Shown here: in pieces, positions 40,601 to 52,600 of the stretch
Numbering within the stretch: position 1 is the stretch's first letter
How the letters are laid out: every line of letters starts with the position of its first letter
Origin: Heterodontus francisci
Lineage: Eukaryota
Length of the DNA: 64,000 nucleotides
Assembly: GCF_036365525.1 (NCBI RefSeq)
Contig: NC_090374.1
Span: forward strand, 13,495,168 to 13,559,167
Direction of reading: 5' to 3'
Translations under genes and position numbers: made by a program
The notes under the pieces: generated by a model
Told to the model about the DNA's origin: nothing
Databases searched by the model: none
What the model saw: only the letters and a program-made list of their open reading frames with translations

Positions 40601-43600
40601 AAACAGGTCGCAGACTGGGAATTCTGTGACAAGTAACTTACCTCCTAACCAAAGCCTATCTACAAGGCACAAGTCAGGAGTGTGATGAAATACTCTCCAC
40701 TTGTCTGCATGACTACAGTTCCAACAACACTCAAAAAGCTCAACACCATCTAGGACAAAGCAGCCCGCTTGATCGGCACCCCATTCACTCCCTTCATCAC
40801 TGGCCGCAGTGGCAGCAGTGTGTACCATATACAAGATACACTGCAGTACCTTGCCAAGGCTCCTTTGACAGCGCCTTCCAAATCCACGACCTCTACCACC
40901 TAGAAGAACAAAGGCAGCAAACACAAGGGAACACCGCAACCTGCAAGTTACCCTCCAAGTCATACATCATCCTGACTTGGAACTATATCGCCGTTCCTTC
41001 ACTGTCACTGGATCAAAATCATGGAACTCCCTCCTGAACAACTCTGTAGGTGTACCTACATCACATGGACTGCAGCAGTTCAAGAATGTAGCTCACCACC
41101 ACCTTCTCAATGGCAATTAGGGATGGGCAACAAATGCTGGCCTTGTCAGCGACACCAACATCCTATGAAAGAATAAGTAAAAAGTATTGATGGAGTGCGA
41201 CACAGTTGGAGGTGCCATCTTTAGGATGAGATGTTATACAAAGGCCCTGCCTACCCCCTCAGATCCCACGGCCATTATTTACAGAAAAGCAGAGAAGTTC
41301 TCCCTCGTGTTCTGGCCAATATGGATCGCACAAAAATTAATCACTAAAAAACTGATTATCAGCTCATTAAATATATATTTGTTTCTGGGATCTTGCTTGT
41401 GCAAATTAGCTGTAGCATTTACTACATTAAACAGTACTTCACGGGCTTTGAAATGCTTTCAGGCATCGTGAGGTCATGAAAGGTGCTATATAAATGCAAG
41501 TTCTTTCTTTTCTTTTAAAGGTGTCAACATCTCCACAGCAGAGTGCTCGGACCATGCACTGCCTGAGCAATGGAAATATCAAACTCTAGGTGGCAGCAGA
41601 CCTTGAAACAAGCACACTGCAATGCATGGAACACTGCGAGCAGTTTGATGCAACTGAGTGGCTTGCGAGGCCACTGCAGAGGACAGTTAAGAATCTACCA
41701 GGTTGGAGTGGGACCAGAGTCACGTTGGGGCCAGAACAGGTAAGGACGACAGGTTTCCTTCCCTAAAGGACATGCGTGAAGAAGTCGGGTTTTGATGACA
41801 ATCCAACGGCTTCACAGTCACTTACTGATACCAGAGTTTTCAGTTTCAGGTTTCTTTATTAACTGATTTCAAATTGTCAAACTGACATGGTGGGATTTAA
41901 ACTTCTCATTTTATCTGATGATACAAGGAGTAGGGGGACACAGGTTGAATGTTTTGGGCAAGAAATGTAAGGGGAATAGGAGGAAGAACATTTTTTATGC
42001 AGCGAGTGATAATGACCTTGAACTCATTGGCTACGAGAGTGGTGGAAGGAGAGATAAACAATGATTTCAAAAGGAAATTGGATGGGTGCTTGAAGGAAAT
42101 AAACCTGCAGGGCTGCGGGGAGTGAACAGGGGAGTGAGACTGACTGGATTGCTCTGCGGAGAGCCAGCATGGACACGATGGGCCGAATGGACTCCTTTTC
42201 TGCTGGATCTGACTCTATGACTCAATTACCTGCATTATTAGGTCAAGCCTGTGGATTAGGAGCAGTATTAAATACAGGTCACTCTGACCCATCTGAAATA
42301 TGTCCTTTTTAATGCCATAAAACTTTATTTTATCTATAAAAAGGTCTAAGCGCATGAATTTAGGCCACTTGGATGTGTTTCTGCAGAGCAAATGCACATT
42401 TACCCCCACTGACTGCAATGTCGCCATGGTGACTCTTTTAAAGGGCATCATATTTTGATAGTCTCATGTCTTAGTGCTTTGGGAAAAGCTCTCCTATAGA
42501 ATCTGTACAGACTGTTTGTTTTGTTCTGAAGATGGTCAACTGAGGCAAAGAGTCAATAAATCCTTTAATGGGGATTTAGACAACTGTTTGAAAGTGAGTT
42601 ATTGAAGGGTATGGGGAGTGAGCAGGTCAGTGGGATTAGACTGCATGGGATATCAAAACAAATGGGTAAATATTTTGGAATAATAATTAGTGCCCCGAAT
42701 ACCTTCTATCTCTGCCCCCTTTGGTCTTGCAGGGAAAGCGGGCAGGAAAGTGGAATTGAAGCCCAAGATCAGGCATGATGGTATTGAATAGCGGAGCAGG
42801 CTCGATGGGCCATATGGTTGACTCCTGCTCCTATATCCTGTGTTCTCCCCCATCCCTTCATTCGGCAGTGAGTTTTATCAGTTCCGTTAACTCTTTCAGC
42901 ACAATGTGGTTTTGAATATTTCTCTCTGGTTGTGGCTCGTTCACCCCCTCCCTCCCTCAGGTACATCTACAGTCCCACTTTCAACTTCCTCTGCAAAAAC
43001 TGAGGTAAATCAAAGTGTAGCAGGCGGGCGACTCCAAGAATGGTGTTTATAAACCTGTAGACTGTAGCAGGAAGGGAAAACTGAGGGAGGAGTTGTACAG
43101 TTTTCAGAGAAAGAATAAGTGAGAGTAGGAGATGGTTCTGCGGAGTGAGCAGGAGATGGTGTGATGAACCTTGGTGAGATGCTGCTTTCCCCCTCCCAGC
43201 ACAGCTATTGGGAGTCTTTTGGATGACTGAAGATGAGGAGAGAGTTTCAGCCAGTAATTCAACCTGAGGATTCAGGTAATGTGAAATGGTTATTGTCCAA
43301 AAAATAATCTAGAGGCAGCGATTGAGGGGAGGATTTTCACCTTCACTGCCTGGGCAATTGTCTAGAGAGGATCACCTGCCCTTTATAGAACAAACCTGAT
43401 TTACACTCAATTATTTTCAATAGTATGAAATTCGGACAGGGTCTATAAAGGGTCATCAATCTGTCCCATCAGTTTATCACTCAGATAATGAAGGTGAGAA
43501 TCTGCCCCTGAATATCTGTCCAGTATTTTCTATTTGTAGATATTCTGTAAACTCTCTCTGCTAAACTGTCTGAATGGACTTTGATCCGTTAACTGGAGTG

Positions 43601-46600
43601 TATTCGGTACCTGGTGCAGACTGCTGGTGGGTCTGATCGGTCCCGGCAATGCTAGATGAACCCGTATCCTTCCTGAAAAAAAAAATGAACAGAAATATTT
43701 AGAGAAAGCTAACGGCATAATTCCAGGTGACAGTAAGGAACATCCTGTGTACACATCAACTTCCTGCTCATGTTATACAGAGAACAGATTTCTGAGAGTG
43801 ATTAACACAGTTAATCAGATCAGATGTAAGATCGAAGCTCTGCACTCCTGCCACATCCAGCCGTGAATGGTGGTGGACAATTAAACAACTAACTGGAGGA
43901 GGTGACTCCACAAATATCCCCATCCTCAATGATGGGGGAGCCCAGCACATCAGTGCGAAAAATAAGGCAGAAGCATTTGCAACAATCTTCAGCCAGAAGT
44001 GCCGAGTTGATGATCCATCTCAGCCCCCTCCTGAAGTCCCCAACATTACAGATGCCAGGTAGGTCCTGTACACAAAAAGCAGGACAAGTCCAACCCGACT
44101 AATTACCGCCCCATTAGTCTACTCTCAATTATCAGTAAAGTGATGGAAGGTGTCATCAACAGTGCCATCAAGCAGCACTTGCTGAGCAATAACCTGCTCA
44201 GTGATACCCAGTTTGGGTTCCGACAGGGCCTCTCAGCTCCTGACCTCATTACAGCTTTGGTTCAAAAATGGACAAAAGAGCTGAACTCAAGAGGTGAGGT
44301 GAGAGTGACTGCCCTTGACATCAAGGCAGCATTTGACCGTGTATGGCATCAAGGAACCCTAGTAAAACTGGAGTCAATGGGAATCGGGGGAAAACTCTCT
44401 GCTGGTTAGAGTCATACCTAGCGCAAAGGAAGATGGCTGTGGTTGTTGGAGGTCAATCATCTGAGCTCCAGGACATCACTGCAGGAGCTCCTCAGGGTAG
44501 TGTCCTAGGCCCAATGATCTTCAGCTGCTTCATCAATGACCTTCCTTCAATTATAAGGTCAGAAGTAGGGATGTTCGCTGATGATTGCACAATCTTCAGT
44601 ACCATTTGCGACTCCTCAAATACTGAAGCAGTCCGTGTAGAAATGCAGCAAAACCTGCACAATATCCAGGCTTGGGCTGATAAGTGGCAAGTAACATTTG
44701 TGTCACACAAGTGCCAGGCAAAGACCATCTCCAACAAGAGAGAATCTAACCATCTCCCCTTGACATTCAATGGCGTTACCATCGCTGAATCCCCCACTAT
44801 CAACATCCTAGGGGCTACCATTGACCAGAAACTGAACTGGAGTAACCATATAAATACTGTGGCTACAAGAGCAGATCAGAGGCTAGGAATCCTGCAGCAA
44901 GTAACTCATCTCCTGACTCCCCAAAGCCTGTCCACCATCTACAAGGCACAAGTCAGGAGTGTTATGCAATACCTTCCACTTGCCTGCATGGGTGAAACTC
45001 CAACAATACTCAAGAAGCTCTACACCATCCAGGACATACAGCCCACTTGATTGGCACACCATCCACAAACATTCACTCCCTCCACCACCGACGCACAGTG
45101 GCAGCAGTGTGTATCATCTACAAGATGCACTGCAGCAATACACCAAGGCTCCTTAGACAGCACCTTCCAAACCCGTGCCTCTACCACCCAGAAGGACAAG
45201 AGCAGCAGATGCATGGGAACACCACCACCTGCAAGTTCCCCTCCAAGCCACACACCATTCTGACTTGGAACGATATCGCTGTTCCTTCACTGTCGCTGGG
45301 TCAAAATCCTGGAACTCCCTTCCTAACAGCACTGTTGGTGTACATACCCCACATGGACTGCCAAAGTTCAAGAAGGCAGCTCACCACCACCTTCTCAAGG
45401 GCAATTAGGGATGGGCAATAAATGCTGGCCTGGCCAGCAATGGCCACATCCCATGAATGATTTTTTAAAAAAAGTTAATCAATCGAACCCTGCTAGAAAT
45501 TGCAGATGCTGGGATGTGGACACAATCAGACTTGGTGCAGGTGAATAGATCACCACTGCTCACAGTCTCAGCTTGGCAGCAGAGTGTGACTGATACCCAA
45601 GGATACCCTTACTTGAGAAAGGATGTACTGGCACTGGAGAGGGTGCAGAGGAGGTTCACTAGGTTGATTCCAGTGTTGAGGGGGTTGACTTTTGAGGAGA
45701 GACTGAGTAGATTGGGATTATATTCATTGGAATTCAGAAGAATGAGAGGGGATCTTATAGAAACATATAAAATTATGAAGGGAATAGATAAGATACAAGT
45801 AGAGATGATGTTTCCACTGACAGGTGAAGCTAGGACAAGAGGGCATAGCCTCAAGATTAGAGGGAGCAGATTTAGGACTGAATTAAGAAGGAACTTCTTC
45901 ACCCAGAGGGTTGTTAATCTATGGAATTCCTTGCCCAGTGAAGTAGTTGACGCTTCTTCAGTAAACGTTTTTAAAGCTAAGGTAGATATCTTTTTGAACA
46001 ATAAAAGAATTAAGGGATACAGTGAGAACGCGGGTAAGTGGATCTGAGTCCACTAAAAGATCAGCCATGATCTTATTGAATGGCGGAGCAGGCTCGAGGG
46101 GCCGGACAGACTACTCCTGCTCCTAGTTCTTATGATCTTATGAACCCAGGGCGTAGTCAGTAGCTGCAACACTGGGAGGGCTGCAGAAACTAGAAAAAAT
46201 CAAGGTAACCAATGATTCCAGACAGCTTTGGTGCCTCTTCCAGTAACTGGTTCTAGGGAAGTGATGGGGGGGGTTATTGGAGATGAGAGATAAATTTCTG
46301 CAGGGGCTTCACAAAGTCATCTGCCATAACTTTGACGGAAGAGTTGCTGAAACCCTAGAAAATGGAGGATGATCGGGTGACTCCCTCCCGCCCAGTGGAA
46401 ATTCAGCTGTTTGAAGGGGAAGGGAGAAAATAAGAATATCCAAAAATACTATAAAATGACACACTTCCATATTATACTCAAACATTCACCGCAACTGATA
46501 ACAATTCAATCAAGGAAAGTCTTTCCCTCCAGCAGGCATCCACTACAACTCAAAGTGTTGAAAGTGATAAAAATGAGCAAGAACTTAATTTTAGGGTAAT

Positions 46601-49600
46601 TAGCGTGAATTACAGGTTAATTTGGGGAAGGAAGCTCACAGGTGAATCTGGAGTCAGAGATTTACAAGCATCCTGGCAATTGGGAGCTTTTACTCAGTAA
46701 CGATTAGCCTGTGATTCATCTCAGAGCCTTTTCAGATCACTTTCCGCACAGCGAGTGCCTGAACAGCTGCTTTAAAAGGACAATCCGTGTTCACAGTTCA
46801 TCACCATCAGGCTGCACTCTTATCTGTGAGCAAAAGATGTTCAATTCAACTCTGGACCAGGGAACTTAAGCTACCCTGCATGTATTAATAGACAATCATC
46901 CTACCTTTTTGTACATCTGATGCACCCTATTAGCCATGAACATCCTAAAGAGATAAAAATGATGAGTAAATATTTAGTTAATTAACTGAAATCCTTATCT
47001 GGAGCATTAGAAAGTGAAGGTTAAAAAGTTAATCAAAGCCACACCCCATCTACACTCTACCCCATCATGGACTCTACCCACACATTTAATCCCCTCCCAC
47101 AGCCCATGTTCACTGATTGGTCCATATCATTCCATGTGCCATGAGTGAATGTGAAGAATGTAGCCAATTAGAATTTTATACAATGGCGTACACGTGAAGC
47201 ACACACTAAATCCTGCACACTACCTTTAACATGTTGATCATATTATATTGACAAATGTATTACATAAACTCCACTATTGGAAGGGTATCAGGCCAAACCA
47301 ACCCTTTTCATCAATACATACATATTGCACAATTGGATAGGTCTGGGGTTTTATTATATGATCCTTAGATTCTTTTTCTCAAGACCACCCAACATAGTCC
47401 AGTCCAATATCAATTATTGACCAAACCAGATTGCCAACAGCAGGAATCCCAACACCGAGTGAAGAGTAACAAAACACTTTCTGCCACACAAACTGTTCCA
47501 CCGCCAGTTCTCTCTGTCTTTGTTCTTTTGCATTGCCCTTGCCCACTGCCCTTTCTCTGATTTCTTAAAATGTTTGTTCATTTCAGAAGAATCAAAGAAT
47601 TTTACAAAACAGAAGGAGGTCATTCGGCCCATTGTGCCAGTGCCGGCTCTTTGAAAGAACTTTCCAATCAGTTCCTTCCCCCTAGCTTTCCCCCAAAGCC
47701 CTGTAAATATCCAATTCCCTTTTGGAAGTTATTATTGAATCGGCTTCCATCGCCCTTACAGGCAGCGCATTCCAGACCAGGACAACTCGCTAGATGAAAA
47801 AGGACATCCTAGGACATCATAACCATCGCTCTACTGGAACTGTCACAATATCATTGCTACACTATTATGGCATAAATGATAACACTCATTTCACCACATC
47901 CTTAGGTTGTATGGTTTGTTGTTCTTACACAAGGCCGTATGTCTCAATGCTGTGAAGGCATTCCTTGTTTTATCAACATCAGCTGCCTCCATTCAGATGA
48001 TGATACACTCAACAACAACTTGTAATTATATAGCACCTTTAACATAAGGTGCTTCACAGGAGCGTAATCAGACCAAATTTGACACTGAGCCACATAAGGA
48101 GAGATTCGACTAGGCCAATGAAAGCTTGGTCAAAAAGGTAGGTTTTTTAAAATATCGTAAAGAAGGAGGAGAAAGAGGTAGAGAGGTGGAGAGGTTTAGG
48201 GAGGGAATTCCAGACCTTCGGGTCGAAATAGCAGAAGGCACAGCTGCCAATGGTGGGGTAAAGGAAACTGGGATTTACAAGAGGTGAGAGCTGGACAAAG
48301 ACAGAGGGTTATAGGTCTGGAAGAGGTTACAGAGATAGTGAGGGCGAGGTCATAAACAGAAGGATGAGAATTTTAAATTCTCAAGATCATTGATCACCCA
48401 CATTATTGGACACAGCAGCTTGAGCTCTATAATGTGTCCAAGGCACCTTACACCTCCAGTTCAAGCAGCCCGTGCAAAGAGGGCTTGAGGGGCCTGTGCA
48501 CTCAAGGATCATTACGCCCCTCAAACACTGTTTTATTTTACCTCATCCTGCACACAACCCACCTCCTTTCTTCCTGAAGATGATGAAAATGATGATGAGG
48601 ATGAAGAGAATGAGCAGCAAAATCAGCAGTAGAATGACCAGCAGATATATATTGGTGCTGGGGGCAGGCGGCTTCTCTGTAAAACAGCAAGAACACCATT
48701 GATGAGCAACATCTTAAACCAAGGATGTGTTCACCCTTGAGTCATTCCCCAGCTTGGTTCAGTTGGTGGTGTCAGAAAACCAGAGGTTCAAGCCCCATTC
48801 ATAATTTGAGCACCTAATTCACACTGAACAGCCAATACAGTAATGAAGTCAGTGCTGTCATCAGCAGTGCTGTCTTTCAGATGAGACGTAAAACTAAGCT
48901 TCCGACTGCCTGATCAGGTGGATGCCAAAGATCCCATGGTACTTTTCGAAGGAGAGCAGGGAATTCTGCTGGTGTCCTGCCAAAGTTCCCACTAAGCTAT
49001 GTGAGTGTGCGGCCGAGCAGCAATCCAGAACATACCGCACATTGAAATAAAGAGACCACGCACAATGAAGCAAATTTAGAGGGAACATTGGTCCTAGACA
49101 AACAACAGAAATTTGCTGCTATATTTGCCTACATAATAAAAGTTATTGCACTTCAAAAAGTAATTATTTGGCTAACAAACACTTTGGGGTGTTCTAAGGA
49201 TGTAAGAGGTGCTATGTCACTGCAAGCTCTCTCTTTTCTTAATATACAGCTGGATATGTTGGGGTGGTTTAGGTCCTGTCATGGGAATCTGTGGAAGGCC
49301 CTGGTTCGCAGAGAATCTTTCGGTCCCACTGCTTCCTCCAGTGGAACTTGTGGCAGGTCTACATAGAATTAGATTGAATATACCAACAGGCTTTCCATCC
49401 ACACCAGTATTTATGCTCCACACGAGCCTCTTGCTGCCCTAATTCATCTAACCCTATCTGGATATCCTTCGATTCCATCTCCTTCATGTACTTATCCAAC
49501 TTTCCCTTAAATGCATCGACACTATTCACCTCAACTACACCTTGTGGTAGCAAGTTCCACATTCTAACCACTCTCCAGGTGAAGAGGTTTCTCCTGAATT

Positions 49601-52600
49601 TCCCACTGGATTTATTAGTGATTATCTTATATTGATGACCCCTAGATTCGTTTCTCCCACGAGTGGAAACATCTTCTCTACATCTACACTATCAAACCGC
49701 CTTACACCAGGGTTGTCCAACCTTTTCACGTGGGTGGGGGGGCACATTACAATTTTTGTCTTAAATGGGGGGGGCGGTGAGACAATTTCGGAAAGATAAA
49801 GACATTAAAAATTTATCTTACTATTAATCGAAACAACAATTGTACATTTTCGTGAAGAAGTTTTAAATGAGAAGACTAATTTATTGACTTACTTTCTCGT
49901 CACTATAATAAAAGCAAAATACTGTGGGTGTTGGAAATCTAAAATAAAAACAGAAAGTGCTGGAAATACTCAGCAGGTCTGGCAGCATCTGTGGAGAGAG
50001 AAGTAGAGTTAACGTTTCAGATCGGTGACCTTTCATCAGAACCGGCAAAGGTTAGAAATGTAATAGGTTTTAAGCAAGTAAAGTGGGGTTAGGGAGTAAA
50101 GAGAACAAAAGGGAAGGTGTGTGATAGGACAGAGGGCCAGAAAGATTAACTGGCAAGGAGGTCATGGAGCAAAGGCAAAAGGTGTGTTAATGGTGTGGTC
50201 AAAGACAAAGCATTAGTGCAGACAGAGAGTTAATGACAGAATAATGAACAGTCCGATCCAAAAGCACAAACATGAAAAAACCAGTAGGCAGGCACATGGT
50301 AAAAAAAAATGATGAAACAATATAAAATAAAATAAAAATCAAAAAAGGGGGCCAGTCATGTTCTGAAATTATTGAACTCAATGTCAGTCTGGAAGGCTGT
50401 AGCGTGCCTAATCGGAAAATAAGCTGCTGTTCCTCGGGTTTACATTGCTGTTCACTGGAACACTGCAGCAGGTCCAGGACAGAGACGTGGGCATGAGAGC
50501 GGGTGCGGGGGTTGGCGTTGAAATGGAAAGCAACCAGAAGCTCGGTGTCATGTTTTCGGACTGAGTGCAGGTGTTCCACAAAGCTGTCACACAATCCTGT
50601 GTTTTGTCTCCCTAATGTAGAGGAGACCACATTGTGGCAATGGTTACAGATTGCTTCGCAGAGAGCCAGCATGGACTCGATGGGCTGAATGGCCTCCTTC
50701 TGGGCCATAAATGACTCTAAAGTTCTCCCTCTTCAATGTTTTCACCCCCCTGTTGGTAATCCATGTGTGAATGCTGAACTAGGACATGATCCAATTTGGC
50801 TGTGATGCCTCTCACAGTCAGATAGCCACTTGGGTAAATGTACCATTCCCGATGAAGGAGTCACACATTCACTTTAAATCAAGAGGGACATCTTATACTG
50901 CTGCACCTTCCAGTTAGAGATGACCGAAATGTCAGTGTAACTTTGGGTCCTTTGGACACTGACACACGTAACATTCAGTTCAATGGCTTTCAATACTGAA
51001 TACCAAAATGTACCTAAAAGGATCAGCACATGCAAATTACTGTAAATACAATAAACAGCAAAACTGTTAGACCCTCACCGCACAACCTCTATACACTGGA
51101 GAATGTGGGAATGGTTTCTTACCATGTACAACCTGCAGCTGTGTCTCAGTCTGGATCAGATGTTGATAATTGGACCGTAATGTGTATTCCACCAGACACA
51201 GGTAAGTGTGATTGTTATTCACACTCAGCTGGTTTATCCTGGTTGAGGCATTTCCCTCGTTTGGATTCCCGATGAGCTCGTACCGATTTCCACCATTTGC
51301 AGTTGTCCAAGATCCATTTGATTGGGCTCTGAATGTGACTATGTGTTGGTAGGGCTCCTTCTTCATCCATGTAACAGTGGACACGGTGCGGCGCTCCCTG
51401 GGTGTGAACATACAGGGCAATGTAACTGAAGCTCCCTCGGTCCCAGTCACCACTGAGACATTTCCACTAGCAGCTGAGGAAAGGACAAACAACAGCATGG
51501 ATCATAAGAACATAAGAAATAGGAGCAGGAATAGGCCATTCAGCCCCTCGATCCTGCTCCACCATTTAATAAGATCATGGCTGATCTGATTATGGCCTTA
51601 ACTCCACTTTCCTGCCAGCTCCCAGAACCCTTGACCCCCTTGATAAGAAACTGCTCAGATCAGTGTGCAGAATTTTTAGATTAAATTTGTTCTGTATTTT
51701 TCAACTTTACAATCGAATGAATTTCTTAAAAACTCCACTCTCATATCTCAGCAGGTCTGTCCCAGACAGGCTGTTACATTCTCCTATAGCACCCACCTTG
51801 ATCATTTTCAACTCCTTGATCACAATATACTGACAGGTCAGAAACTCCATTCCACCCACTCGAATTCATTGATCCAGAGCCCCACACCCTTCCCGCATTG
51901 CTGAATGCAATTGTTCCTTCAATTATTTCAAGGATTTCACTCCATCCATCACTCTGTCCAGAAATCACATTCCAAGTGTTGACCACTCTCTGTGTAAAGG
52001 GGAACCTCCTGACATCAGTCTTCACTTCACAGTTCAGTACTTTTAACCCATGACCATTGCTACTCACACAGTTTGATTTAAAGGAGTATTCAGGGTCGAG
52101 GTGAAGGAGGATCTCCATGAGGTGAAGAGCCAGCAGGCCTCACTCTTTGCCACGGAGGCCTCCAAGATCATCTTCCTGTCCAGAGTCCGCTCCATTGAGC
52201 AGGATGAGATGTGCTCACGTTACAGGGAAAGGGTTGGCCCACTCAAGGACAGAGAAGGGAATCTATGTGTGGGACCAGAGGAAATGGGCGAGGTACTAAA
52301 TGAGTACTTTGCATCAGTATTCACCAAAGAGAAGGACTTGGTGGATGATGAGCCGAGGGAAGGGAGTGTAGATAGTCTCAGTCATCTCATTATCAAAAGG
52401 GAGGAGGTGTTGGGTGTCTTGCAAAGCATTAAGGTAGATAAGTCCTAATGGGATCTACCCCAGAATACTCAGAGAGGCAAGGGAAAAAATTGCTGGGGCC
52501 TTGACAGAAATCTTTGCATCCTGATTGGCTACAGGTGAGGTCCCAGAGGACTGGAGAATATCCAATGTTGTTCCTTTGTTTAAGAAGGGTAGCAAGGATA

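Larger units (their letters stand above)
27282..41175 (+). mobile_element. Old, internally deleted CR1-group LINE split into 27282-27662 and 40416-41175 by nested insertions
   Basis: Endonuclease remnant (PPSTDESVLRHFEHHLEDALR) on the left. The right part matches the family at 43815-45470, including its tail. Confidence 0.7.

Noticed and set aside
42940-42990. Possible extra cytoplasmic exon after gtttttgcag
   Set aside because: The weak donor gives an incompatible phase, or the frame reaches a stop.
47414-47632. Hydrophobic ORF as the TM exon
   Set aside because: No convincing splice sites, and a much better TM exon exists at 48563-48676.
48472-48702. Met-rich plus-strand ORF
   Set aside because: It is the antisense shadow of the Ile/Leu-rich TM exon.
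49708-49726. hAT-like terminal inverted repeat CAGGGTTGTCCAACCTTTT
   Set aside because: No partner end was found, so an element could not be delimited.
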